A DNA stretch of 64,000 nt from Trichoplax sp. H2 (Eukaryota): assembly GCA_003344405.1 (NCBI GenBank), contig NOWV01000238.1, positions 1 through 64,000 of the forward strand, written 5' to 3'. Every line of letters starts with the position of its first letter. The stretch's first letter is position 1. The notes below the pieces were generated by a model. The model had not been told where the DNA came from and made no database searches. It worked only from the letters and a program-made list of their open reading frames with translations. Both the position numbers and the translations under genes were made by a program. Below, in pieces: positions 11,968 to 25,045 of this stretch.

Positions 11968-14900
11968 ATGGAGGTAAGGCAAAATTTACCAAGGAGAATC
12001 TTCTATTTATTAGCCATTAAACTCTTATTTTTACTGCATTTGGATATCGACATGATTCAAGGAGAAATAGCATTAGGAAGTGAAGAGAAAAAAATGTTCA
12101 TGATGGAGTAGTGTAGAGGACAGTAGTTGCCAATGTATTGATCATATTGGAATATGGATACTGTACTTTTATATTAATTATATGCAGTCGTCGAAGGCTG
12201 CGTTGTTAGATTAGCCAAGGACTATGTGAACAAGTCCTTGGATTAGCCTACTATATTTCTAGCTAGCAGTTGCTAAATCATGCCTACCATCGTCACAGAT
12301 GCCTAGGCTTGTATTCAGCCATTCAGTTGTAGTGATTATTTCGACAAATAATGGAGTGCATAACAGATAGAGTCATGATAAGGGAGAGATGATTGATGTT
12401 GTTCATTGGTTGAGCGGGATCGATCAAAATGTTTACCCTTTTACCTACGTACTGGATAAACTATGTAAAATGTGCTATCTTGAGACTACTTATATTGCTC
12501 TTTTCCAATTGTTTTATATTATTTCTACTATTTTTCTTCATCGATTAGGATCCTTACGAGCCTATGCAAGTAGATATACAAGACAATGTAGACGGTGAAA
12601 ATGAAAAAGAAGCGATCATCTCGGATATTACGGAAATGGTAAACGATTGCTTACGATATACTGCTAGCTACTGTAGTTCACCATAGTAATACTGACATGC
12701 AGTACAGTAATGTTGTATATAGAATTCGATATTAAATCATAATTTTCGGACTGTTTGTTGCATTGAAGTCGAGTACTAGTTACCAGCTCGGATACTGATA
12801 ATACAGTAATGGTACAAAATTGTTGACGTTACACTTCAAGTTGATTTAGAAACTAATGCTGCCATGGAGTAATATCATACGCGCTTGCACACTACATAGT
12901 ATATTGATCAGTGCACCTAAATTGCCGAAATATCGTACCCGAATTATATAAGACTGTCTGTTGCATTGAGATCTAGAAGTAGTTACCATCTCGGATATTA
13001 CAATAATGGTACAAAGTGGTTTTGAATGCACAGTCAGTTAGTTAAGAAATGGATGCTACCATGTAGTAATATCATGTACAATATTAAATAATTATAATTC
13101 CACTGTCAGTTCCACTTGAATGTAGAAGTAGTTACCATCGCGGATATGACAGCAATGCATAAGATTGTTTAGGATGGACTGCTAATTAGTTTAGTATACA
13201 ATGCTGCCATATTGTAATGTTGTGCACAGAATAGCAAGTTGAATTACGATTCTTGAGATTATCTGTTCCAATGACATTTAAAAGTTGCCATCTCGGATAG
13301 AACAGTACTAGTGCAAGATTGCTTAATATATACTAGCTTGATTTAGTAAGCTAATGCTGCTGTAAATTAATGTCATGCATAGTACTTCTTGGCAAGTTAT
13401 AATTCTTTAAACTGTCTATTAATTCGTTGCATTGAAATTCATTATAGGAGTTTGATGCGTTAATTGCCAACTATGAAGGTTCCGCTAAGATATCAAGACT
13501 TATTTATGTAGCTGATCATTGTCCACCGTTTAAGTTAGAGGCACTCAGGTTCTTAACTGCAAGGCAATTTAAAACTGTTTCATTAAAGCAACTACTGTAA
13601 CTAATCGAAATTCTATATATACGTATATAATGACTAGACTTGCTATAAATTGCGTAATGGAGACTTCTAATATTAACCTCTACGTTTCATTGGTTGAAAA
13701 ATTCAATTCATATTGGTATGTTCAAGCTGCAATAAATTGCTAGTTGATGTTAGCTGTAGTAGTTATACAGTATAAAACTACCGAAATGATACCTCAATCT
13801 CAATCATCTCTATACCACCTATAAATGTTATACACTTCATCTTTATTGCTCACTTTGATATAATGTTGCCTAATAAATCTTGATTTTAGTGCATCAACTA
13901 ATGCTTCAAAACCAATTGAAATTAATAAAAAATGGCTAGACACAACCAAAAGATCTGCAGCGATTAAGGTTTGCAACCTTCTTATTTCAATAATAAAATA
14001 AGCTTTAGTATAATTATGCATAATAATATGCAAACTGATCACAATTATAATTTCCACATAAACCAATATCGTTCTTCTGCATACTCCTTGTTAATAGACT
14101 GAAACGTTGGAGAACGATTTGAAAAGCTTTAAAAGTAACTCTATCAAAGAGAGTATACGGTAAAATAATATTCTCCCGCATCTAACCTCACCTATTATTT
14201 GACACTAATGCCGACTCAGTTAAATTTTAATTAAACTGCATTATTTAATTTAATTTATTTACATTTGATCAGGAGAGGTTATAATGATCTAGGAGACCAT
14301 CAACTTTCTTGTGGCGAAATTAGGTGATGAGAGAATGATTTAGCTATTATATTTTAGATATTACTAATAACTTTAGTACTAACATGCGTACAGTAAAGTC
14401 TTAGGGCTGTGCAATCTACTTTTCTTGAATGTTTACGTTTATTCATATAATAAAACTTTCATTTTTATATCCAATTTAATGATATTCTGTAAATCTTGTA
14501 GTCTATCCCTGCAAAGTTTTATTAGGGCAAGAGACTACTGTACCTCACCAAGGCATATCATAAATATGTGCATTAGCGTTATTAAGGTAAGAAATTTTGA
14601 AGTTTTACTGCCATAATTATTTCATAATATTGCTAAAATAGAACAACGTTGAAATCAATTTAAGAGAATATATTCTAATAAGAAGCTAATGATTTTTATA
14701 TTTAATAAAGAACATTTAAAGTGATCAATCGTAATAATCAATTATTTGTAGACGAGTATACAGCAAAAAAGTTGGACTAACGTATTAAGTTATGCTAGTA
14801 AAGCTGAATCCATACCCGAACTAGAAGACGTAAGTAGCTTAGTTTATTATACGGACTAGCAGATTTTGTAGCCCACAGGCATCAATGTTAATATCTGCAA

Positions 14901-16557
14901 GTGTAATATGAAATTTAATCTCGAATCCTTATTATCACAGATTTGTAAAACTGATCAGTACAAAAATGTTAAAACATTCCTAAACTGTACATCAGGTAAG
15001 CTATAGAAAATACAGGTGATAAACATTTCATGCATTTAAAATTTGTATTATTCTATATGCACGTATTTACAGGATTGGCTCAGCTTGCGCAAAAACGATA
15101 TCAAGTAGCTGCACGCCGTTTTCTAGAAGCAAACTATGAAGACTGTAGTTTTAATGAGGTTAATTGTGAAAAATTTTGTAATATAGTTATTAGGAATACG
15201 ATACAGTTTCAGTCAATTTAGTAATCGTAACTGTTTGCTCTGTATACTTCTAATAGATACTTACCGCTAACAATATAGCCATATATGGAGGTATTTGCTC
15301 ATTAGTCTCTTTCGATAGAAAAGAGCTACATTCGAAGGTCATTTGTAGCAGGTAAAACGAATGTATTGAATGTATAATCAAAATAAATTGTAACGGCTAC
15401 ATGATTTAGGTGGTATACATAGTACTTAGTACATTATCGTTATTTTATGTATACTATCATACTGTTTATTAATTGGTTAATAGCTATTTCCTATGTGTTC
15501 AATTTACTGTTTCTACGTTCGTGTACAGCTCCTTTAAGTTATTTCTGCAAGCAGAACCTGTGCTTCGTGATATTATTTCCCAGTTTTACGAAGCTAAATA
15601 CGCGGCTTGTTTATCCTCTCTAGAGAAATTGAAGGTTAGCACTCTGTACCTATTTCACAACTTCAGCTTCAGTTTTTTATTAAAATTTTTAAAAATTATC
15701 TATTCTAGAATGGCCTCTTGTTGGATATCTACTTATCGTCGCACATTAACACATTATATACCATGATTAGAAATAAAGCTCTTAAACAGGTTTCTAAACT
15801 ATTAATAAGGGACTTTTATTTTTATACTCATTCCAGTTTATCGTTCACGTTAACTAAAGTACATGAGATCAATAAATACTCGTATTTCTATGTCAGTATT
15901 GTAGTCCATATGTGCTGGCCGACTTACGTCGTATGGCTGTCGCTTTTAATACCACTGTTCCAGATTTAGAGAACGAATTGACAGCGCTCATTTTAGATGG
16001 ATTTATAGATGCTCGGATCGATTCTCATAATAAAGTCTGTTAAATAATTTTCGAATTCAATTTCTATTACACAATTCTTTCGGATATATTAATTTATTTT
16101 ACGATCCTTTAAGGTTTTACATGCTCGCGATATCGATCATAGGACATCAGCTTTCGAAAAAGCTTTATCGGTAGGAAAGGATTATCAAAGAAGAATGAAG
16201 GTAAAATACAGTATTGTAATATAAATTCACGATTTCTATAGGACATTGCAAGTCCATTGTTATTATTAGATTATGGGTCATATAGCTTCTCTATCGTAGT
16301 TTTAATAATAACGCTTAAATTAAAATCTCTGTTACACGGAGTTATATAATTCACTTACTGCCTTGTTAACATATTGACGAGTATATATCTTTTTTACTAA
16401 CATTTTAGGCCCTCATGTTGCGATCTATCGTACTTAAAAATAAAATCGTCGTCAAGGTAATAATCCATATGTCATAAATAGAATTCGAGTACGTATTTCT
16501 TATACAACTCATACTTTTTTATAGACATCCTCTGCAGAGAACGAAAATAATAATTAA
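11968..16557 (+). CDS. GPS1: COP9 signalosome subunit 1 (multi-exon)
   Basis: ATG GAG|gtaagg, then [121 protein letters not shown] (PCI domain). Stop at 16555-16557. Confidence 0.96.
12617..13447 (+). repeat. Five degenerate tandem copies (150-200 bp) of exon-2 end plus intron in GPS1 intron 2
   Basis: Anchor catctcggata (last ~22 nt of exon 2) recurs at 12617, ~12783, ~12986, ~13135 and ~13288. Each unit has an atgctgccat-like middle and a gttgcattgaa-like end. Confidence 0.8.
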
Positions 16558-17509
16558 TACATCCCTAGGGCATTCCCATCAGTCTAAAACAACAGTTCAA
16601 CCTTTGTTAATACAAATATTGGTTATATTCACTTCTACTTTAGGTTTAAGTTGCATAATAAATAATTTTACAACAGAGCGTGTCTAACCTTCGCTGGATA
16701 TATAAAATATTTTATAATAATAGCGTTATCAACTGAGCTGATTTGTTGTAACGTCGAGTATATTACCTGTACAGCGTAATGATCATGATCGGAAAAATAG
16801 TGTTCGAGTAAAGTGAGAATCAGTTTTGATTATGTGAATAACGATTTAATTGTTGTGAAAATACAAATAAACTGTAACGTTGTGATCAGAGATTCTTGTA
16901 GTATTTGCATTGCTTTCAATCGTTGTTGAACCGCGTAACTTGCTGAAGTTATATGAGTTTTCGACTTGCGATAACTAATGGAAATGTTGACCAGAAACGG
17001 CCAATTTATTTAAGTACTTACGACAGAGTAAAGGTAAAAAATTAAAATTAAACTTTCCAGTTAATATAAATTTCTTTATTTTTACTGACATACCATACCT
17101 GCATCTGATAAAATTTGAAAATTTATAAATAAATTACATATTTTCAAGAATATTTCAATCAATCAATTGTTTTAAACCACTGGCTACATACTGTATACTG
17201 TGCACTCTCATCACCCATTGACTAGCTATGTAGCGGCCATACTACATAATCTAGCTCGTTACTCCTGATTCTAGCCGGAACACGTAGAGTAAATATCAAT
17301 CGTATATATAATACAAAAATGAGGTCTTGTGCTAATAACATAACACTTAAAACTTTTCAAAATAATATGACTGTATAATCGAATAATTCTAAGAGAAAAT
17401 AAAAAATGTTCTGATATCTAGGCTCCTATTTCAGATTTTAGAAAGAGTATCAGAGAATATCTACTACTACATTTGAAGTTGATATTTATCTATCGTCTTT
17501 TAACTCAAG

Positions 17510-20500
17510 CTAACTTATTACTTGAGTGTAATGTGCTGCATAATTATTTTCAGTCAATTTTTTCTCTTCTTTTAGCTGCTTAAAAGACGGTAATTTCCCT
17601 TCCTTGATAAGTTGTCTGGTTTTAAATATAAAGTCATGACCTAAGGAATGAAATAAAATATACAATCAGATGTTGATCTTTCTAACAAAGCAATTGCATA
17701 ATGAAAGTTAACTATAGTAGAATATCACTATACCTTTACAATCGACTACTTCATTGTATGTCTTGCTCTTGCAACATTTCCTACACATGCCATATTCACA
17801 ACGTGTACCACTTGGATTGCTGCTGCAGTTGGCACATGGCTTGTATTTAAATTCTAAGCATACAAGTATAACAATGACATCCATGTCAGAAAATTTTCAA
17901 AGGTGTAACGAAGCTAGAAAATTAATTGGATCCATTAAAGATAATACAAGCAAGAGTGAATGCATAATGCGGATGTTTGGTAAAATGAAATTGTGTACTA
18001 TGATACCAGTTCGTTCCCTCTTGCAACCATTGCTTTTAATTTTATTTCCTTTACGTTTGATTCTGGCTTTTCGCGATGCCTCTATATTTTTTCGAATAAC
18101 TTCCTCATCTCTTTCCTGCCTTTCGGATGATTTTTTGGATGAATGACTGAATTATAGTATGAGGCAGAGAATAATTATTAAGGTATAAACTTGATAAGTA
18201 ATCACATTTTTCTATCATTAAAGACATTTTCTAACCGAGCGCAATAAAGAAATCCTCTAATACCTTGGTCTTATGTATGGTTGACAAATCCAATAAGGTA
18301 ATTTACCTTGGTTAGCAACTGCTGTTTGCTCTTCAGCCTATAAAATTAAAGAGTGCAGTACTTAACATGGAGCATAAAACTGTTAGCTTTCAATCAGTAA
18401 ATACTAGATAGCAAGGAATTACTGTAGTCTACGTCAAAAAAGATATGAACTTTCACATAGGCAACAAATTTGTAAGTTAGTCAAGGCGTCAGAGTCTTAG
18501 CCGAGAACTACCATCTGTACGTACAATTGTACGTTGCTTAAATTCTGTATTGACTGCTACAAGTGCTTCCAAAGACTTTCCAGTTGCAAGTTTATTTCGG
18601 AGATCAAGATGGCGCTGAGTACTGTAAACAAAGTACTTGTATGTTAAAGTTATGAATACATATATTATTACCAAAAATGACTGCGGCTCTTTTTTGACTA
18701 GCGAATTTGCAACGTACGGGTATGTAATTTCAATATGCTAACCCGTGTATCCAAATTTTAAACAAATGTCCTCTCACACTTGATAAAGTACAGGGAAATT
18801 GATGTACTATTTGGAGATACTCTTCAGCAACTTGCCAGCAGGAAACTTGTTTACCGGAAAATAAGGCTGGATTGGTTAGTATACCCTCTGTAGTGGATAC
18901 AATAAGAAGCGTTACAATATCTTGTAGGCCGAATATTGCAATCGTATTGATTTTTAAAATACCAGCAGACATAATGCCATCAACACCGGTAGCGGTAAAA
19001 CATCGCTCTAAATCTTCAAAATACTGGATATTCCCGTTAGCAAATACCGGAATGGATAAGCTATCTCTGCAATAAATAAGATAGCGTTCAAGATTAATTA
19101 GTACAGTGACATGAAAAGTGATATGCAAATGTTGCAAAAATACGTTTTTTGATGTTAATATCTAGGTGTATTTTTAAGCTTGCGTAGCATTTCATTTACT
19201 TTATAACTTTAATAAAGTTCCAATCAGCTAATCCAGTTAATTCCTTTTTCTGTTCTCTAGTTCTTCCATGGACAGTGAGTAACTAGACGAACGTTGACAT
19301 AAACAATCACGAATCAAACTAGTATTTTTACCATAAAATTTTAAAGAGATATTATTCGTTCATCTCAACTTGAAAAAGTCCCATTTTGTAACGTTTGTCC
19401 TACTAAAAAACATTTACCAAGTTTCTATCCTAGTATAATTACCTGACACCCGGCTTTTTCTAGCAATTGAGCGTATTTGACTGTCTTGTCCAATTCATTA
19501 AAAATCCGAATTTTACATGTCACAGGAATTTTCAAATTCTGATGAAGATGAGATACTAAAATAACAAAGGTAACAGATAGATGATATTATTAACATAGTC
19601 TACATGTATAAACTGACACGATGTTTCACAGCTCGGTTAGTTATTCACTTTCTCGAAAATTGTTTAGTATTCGTCATTACAGCGATTCTTACCAATTTTT
19701 TCCAACAATTTCCAATCATCCTGTAAGAAGGCACCATAATGACCTACCCGTATACGATATGGTCGAAAAGAGTTATCTGCTGATAGGTTATTGCTAATTG
19801 CAAGAATTTATTTTATATTATTATACCTCGCTTTGCAATAGCTTGCGGGCATCCAAGATTTAAATCGACTGCGTCACAATGTGGCTCTACAATTTTAGCC
19901 GCTTTTAGTAAGGTATCTGGATCGTTACCGCAAAACTGCAATGAAAGATATTATTCTAAGTGTTTGATTTTAGATATGGTAGGTCTTTATTGATAGCGCA
20001 ATCTACCGTCCGTTGTATTATGCAAGTGATCTACATACACCACAGTAAGAATGGCTAGTAAAATACAACATTACAGTTTCTAGCTTATTAAACGTAAGTA
20101 AGTTACACACGTATGGCATGTAGGTAGCACAGTAATACGTTAAAATTGATGATTATCACGGTCATTTAACTTCTACTATCCTATTTAACGGTATCGTCTA
20201 TCGTCGTTTACGTATTGGATATATCATCAACCTGTACAATTAATGGTCGATCTTCCGGACAAGTCTTAAAGTTTTCTCTCCTATAGGTCGCATCACGAAT
20301 AAACACTGCAGAGTGTAGCATTGGAGTATAGCATAATTGCGCTCCATAACGACGACACAATAAACGCCAGGCCTAATTCATCACAACATGTCACTTAGTT
20401 AAAACTCTGCAATGAAGTTATTGATCATGCCTATTTTATCATGGTTATACATGCAATTCAGTGGACAACAATATAATTAGCACAAACGAATAATGCATGT

Positions 20501-20644
20501 TTGACAGCTTGTTCAGCACACACTATCAGTCATCTATCTTACCAATTCCGATTGATCCACCATAGGTGCCACTACATATTTAGCTTGCTGTAGAGCTTCT
20601 CTCCAAAATTTCATTCCACTCGATTGACTTTGGCTAAGCGACAT
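17510..20644 (-). CDS. DUS1L: tRNA-dihydrouridine(16/17) synthase 1-like (multi-exon)
   Basis: [125 protein letters not shown], and a C-terminal Cys-rich motif ([20 protein letters not shown]). Confidence 0.96.
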
Positions 20645-22283
20645 TTTTATCCAATATTTTCTATGCTAAGGATTCAGTATTACAGTATCTTCTGGTCACG
20701 TTATTCAACTTGAATGCTGATAGAACTGAATACAAACTTGTTACAAATTTTGGCATTAGATAGAACTTGAATTCGCAGTAATGGCTAAGTCGATGGATAA
20801 CCTATGCCATAGTTTCCAATCCTTGATGAGAAGGCAGCAACAGACTGATCTCGATTTTACTGTACGTCTGCAGAACCTTTGAACAGGAACAGAATTGAAA
20901 GTGACTGCATTGACGTAGAAATTGAATACGCTTTACTATCAACGCGTACGCTTACCTTAGTAGGCCAATAGACCATAAGTACAGTACAGATTGTCTTTCT
21001 GTCTGTTACATCAAAAGTTGAAAGTGGCCGCCATAAACTTGAGCGATCTATATACAGTATAGGGGTTTTTGGAGCTTCTACGATGAAGTAATACACTTGC
21101 TATAGTAGTGCTACTGTGCAGTAAGTAGTGTGCGAGATGCATGTATTCAAAAATATCATATGTACTTCTCTCAAACATAAAAAAAAGCCCTAGAGGCTAG
21201 GGCTGTAGCAGAGACTTTTCACATTTTCGAAGTCGCAGACTGAAGGGACCGCCAGAGACTGTATCCGCAAGCAGAAATTTTGATAAGCTTTACTATGAAG
21301 TGGTGCTCTTGTCCTAGTAGCGTTACTGTACAACGTATGCAGTTCGTTGTGTGCAAAATGAGCTGTCACACAACTGAGTTTCGTTCTTATTCGATAGCCA
21401 GAAAGAAGGTGACATCATTTTCACTTACCATGGTGTAGATGAACATCTCTCCAAGTTCAAAAAATTACTGCTACAAATAACGACAAAATCAGGTCCCATA
21501 ACCATCAACTTCAGTATATTTAGGTATGTCAGCATCCAGGATTGGAAATGGCTTTCATAGACAGTACAGTAGGTGGAAATTTTGACACTATTAACCATGC
21601 ATTCATACTCGTGTTAACAGTCCTTTCAAGACTACGAGCAGCGTGCAAAATTTATATCATCAAATTTAAACAAAAAGTGTATAAAATCCCCAAAATAGGG
21701 TGACCAATTATTTGCACGGTGGGTATACTACAGACCGTAGGACATACGGATATCAAAATACTGCAATCTCATTAGAATACGCCATTGCTAATGATGTCTA
21801 CTGCTTAGGATTAAATTCTGTTAAAGCTCAAGCAATTACTACTGCAAATAATGACAAAAGTCAGTTTCTATAATTATCAACTTTATGTCATTGCAATACT
21901 GTCCATGTTCATGATTTGATTGTGGTGATTTCATTGTAGATTATTGCCCGAAGATGAATACTAATTAACCTCAACGAGCAGCAGTGCAAGTCTTAGAAGA
22001 ACAAAGGTATACGCTTATCATGTATAATTAATTATATCAACGACGTAATGTTATGTAATCTTCGCCAAGTTAATCATACCCAGGATTGAAGTATAACTAT
22101 TACTGTTTCCTATGCAAGCTATATGCTATCAATAACTTTATTATAGGCTTGATGACTGTATCGATTGAGAATAAATAAAGATTGACTACAATATATGGCA
22201 AGCAATTGTAGAGATCCTCTTAATTTTGACTGACGTAAAGGTTGATGATTGATTCATTCTAGGTTAAAAATTATTACGCGATA

Positions 22284-25045
22284 ATGTACCTTAGAATCGA
22301 TACCGAAAGCAAAGAAACATTAATATTATCGCGTTATCCAAGCACGAGATCATGGATGGTATCATTCTGTAAGTATAGAATAGTCTAGAATGGTTCTGCT
22401 AATGTGGAAATGCAAAATGGCGATACGTATATAATCAATATGTCTTCCCCTATTCTTCTTCTACAATACAGTACTGTATGTTATTTTTACACGTATACTT
22501 AGCAATTGTTCTAAGATTGATCGACAGTATAGACTGTATAGTATGCCAGTGAAATAGGATAAATATCATTCTATCTCAAGCTATCATGTAATTTTATGCT
22601 AACAAAAGTCAGCACATCTCCTCTTCTATAGTACCTGTACACTGCAGAATTGATCGTAAATGCTTACCGACATCATGTTACACCAGTAAGATGGAAAATT
22701 TCATTCTCTCTTTTAGCTTTCGTATTTAGTTAATTTTATCATGAATAAACGTTTGCATATTTCCTCTCCGATATTGCTTATACACTTTATATTAGAAACT
22801 GTCTTAAAGGTCAATCAGTTATATCACATCAGTAAAATGGGAAAACATCATTCTATCTTCTGACTAACTAATGCAGTTTGCAAATGCTGTGTAAAAATAG
22901 CAACGCACACTTACAGTACACGAAATAGAACGTCAATGACAACATAGGTGGATATTAGAAGAATCAGTTGAAAGTAAAACACACCATATATATTGCTTGC
23001 GCCTTGCAATTGCAGTCCACCGTAAGGCTTGTCTGCAGTATTGTAGAATGGGCTATATATGATATCAGTTACCAGAGTTCCGAAAAAAGGAAAATTTTGA
23101 TGCTTGTTAGTTCTCGGGCGGGTTGTCAAGTAGCGTGATCCTTTTGTAAAACTCTATCTACTACATTAACAGGTTGAATGCCTTACTAATTATTCTTAAT
23201 ATTTCACAGTTATCGCACTATTTGGATTATTCATCAGTTACTACAGCTCAGGTTAGTCCATAATAATAGCTCCGTTAGATATTATCAATTTTTCTGTTTC
23301 ATTACTAGCATTGGAATCGCTTCTTTATCGATTCCATGTAGCTGTATCATGATTAAATCGTATTATTTAACCTACTGGACTAATTTTCTATTTACTCTAT
23401 CTCAATGCTAGATGGATCATACTTGAAATTAACCTATACGATTACTTTTGTGATAATTGCACTAATGTACTTAGACTATTGGGAGGTAAGAACAGCATAC
23501 TTACGCTATAAATAAGTAAAAAGAATAACGAATGTACTCAAGTATGATTTAAAGGGATAGGAGACAAACTCTTTTGAAAATGTAGTACCGTTATCCTTAT
23601 CTGACAACTTTTTATTTTCGTAACGTTCGTTGTAATGTCGAAATGTACTTTACACTGTACCAAAATTCTAGTGGATAGCCTGATATTATAGTGACATAGA
23701 CTTAGCTTGGCACAAAATCAATTGAGTTAGAAAATTGTATACTGGTCATTACGTATGTACGGTAGATACTACAATAGTATTTGGTTGTGTTACTTGAGGT
23801 TCTTAATAAATCTTGTCAAAACGAATTCAAAATCATGCTTTATATTTGGCCTAATTAAAACTCTTTTTCTTATTTTTATCAATTATGCGCGTATATTCAA
23901 TAGCAATGCGTTTTTGATAAACATGGATGTGGAACTATCACGTTAAAGAGCCAAAGCCTAATGCAAAGATTATTTAATTTACCGTATGCTCGATATAGTA
24001 AGTATTGCCTTATATCGGTGTCATAAATTCATATAAAATCTATATGGACTAGATTTATATTCTGAAAATTCCATAATATTGATCTTTTGTGTGTTTGTCG
24101 GTTTTATGAAGGAACATACTTGATAATTCTTATGATGTACATTATCTATGATATAGTCTAATAGATTAGCTAAAATATTTAAGTACACTTAGAAACAATG
24201 TATTAAGTTTAACAAAGTATCTAAGAGTAATCAGCTTTGATACTGTCTACTTAGTAGTTCTTTGTCTTTACATAATACTTCATTTAGATTATTAGTCTAT
24301 ATACACTAAAACGTATTAGTACATTCGTAGTACGTTCTTTGGCTATTTGTGAAGTTACTCTTATTATGAGTACTCTTGTTAGGATATAGTAATTAGTGTT
24401 GGATTTGATCGCCATTGCGATGTTGTAATATAAGGAGCCTTAACCGTGGATATGGTAACGTGTAGATATATAGAAGGCTATATTTAATATCAATCTCTTT
24501 ATGTACATGTATAGTTATTGCAAATATAAGTGAAATTCAAGAAGTTACAGTCGAACACGATAATGTGCGATACTTTGGAATGAGCCATCAAGTGAGTAAT
24601 TAATCATTTAAAAAATCTTATTACCGTATATCTTTTATGCTGTTCTGTTATTATGATTCTGCTGTATCTACTAGATCCGATTACTATATTAATTTTATAT
24701 AAATGCGCTCTATATAGATTGAACTAGTTATCAAAATGGCTACGAGACAATACTTTTACCACTATTATAAGAAATTTTATAGTCTTGACTTTTTGATACA
24801 GTTTCCTATATTTTTTTTCAGGTAATGTTACATTTCAGCCCGGGATATAGCTTGCCTTTAACCAATAACAGTACATTTGGAGATTGCAGGTAATGAAATA
24901 TTACAGCTTAGTCATGCTATTTAATTACTGATTAATTATAGAATGAATCGATTGAATGATTTTTATTTTGACTTTCTTCTGCAGCAAACATTATAAAATC
25001 GCTGAGAAAATATCTGAGTTTCTCCAGATAAAGTGCGAACTTTAA
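22284..25045 (+). CDS. CYBC1: Cytochrome b-245 chaperone 1 (EROS/C17orf62) homolog
   Basis: Eight exons (22284-22368, ~23210-23251, ~23412-23485, 23905-23983, ~24435-24454, ~24515-24591, ~24822-24889, ~24985-25045) give MYLRIDTESKETLILSRYPSTRSWMVSFFIALFGLFISYYSSDGSYLKLTYTITFVIIALMYLDYWEQCVFDKHG...VEHDNVRYFGMSHQVMLHFSPGYSLPLT...IAEKISEFLQIKCEL*. This matches recalled human CYBC1 motifs (MYLQV, PGIRSW, YYSGD, DWEEAIFDK, VRYFG, GFSHPLT). Absent from the ORF track. Confidence 0.88.
22540..22870. repeat. Degenerate ~140-bp tandem repeat (3 copies) in CYBC1 first coding intron
   Basis: cagt.a.atgg.aaa..tcattct.tct at ~22547, ~22684 and ~22830, with similar downstream sequence. Confidence 0.6.

Noticed and set aside
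11393..11977. Short ORFs rich in TVLYC/STVQY
   Set aside because: They are translations of the (TACTG/CAGTA)n arrays and the promoter duplication, not proteins.
17754..19075. Plus-strand ORFs (130 aa, 67 aa)
   Set aside because: Antisense shadows of DUS1L exons.
21358..22240. Exon-like segments upstream of the CYBC1 ATG
   Set aside because: I could not join them into an open frame, and the homolog begins at MYL (22284). They are at most 5'UTR exons and unsupported without transcripts.
23310..23338. Possible extra 29-nt exon in CYBC1
   Set aside because: Weak donor (gtagct), and the homologous protein reads correctly only when it is skipped.
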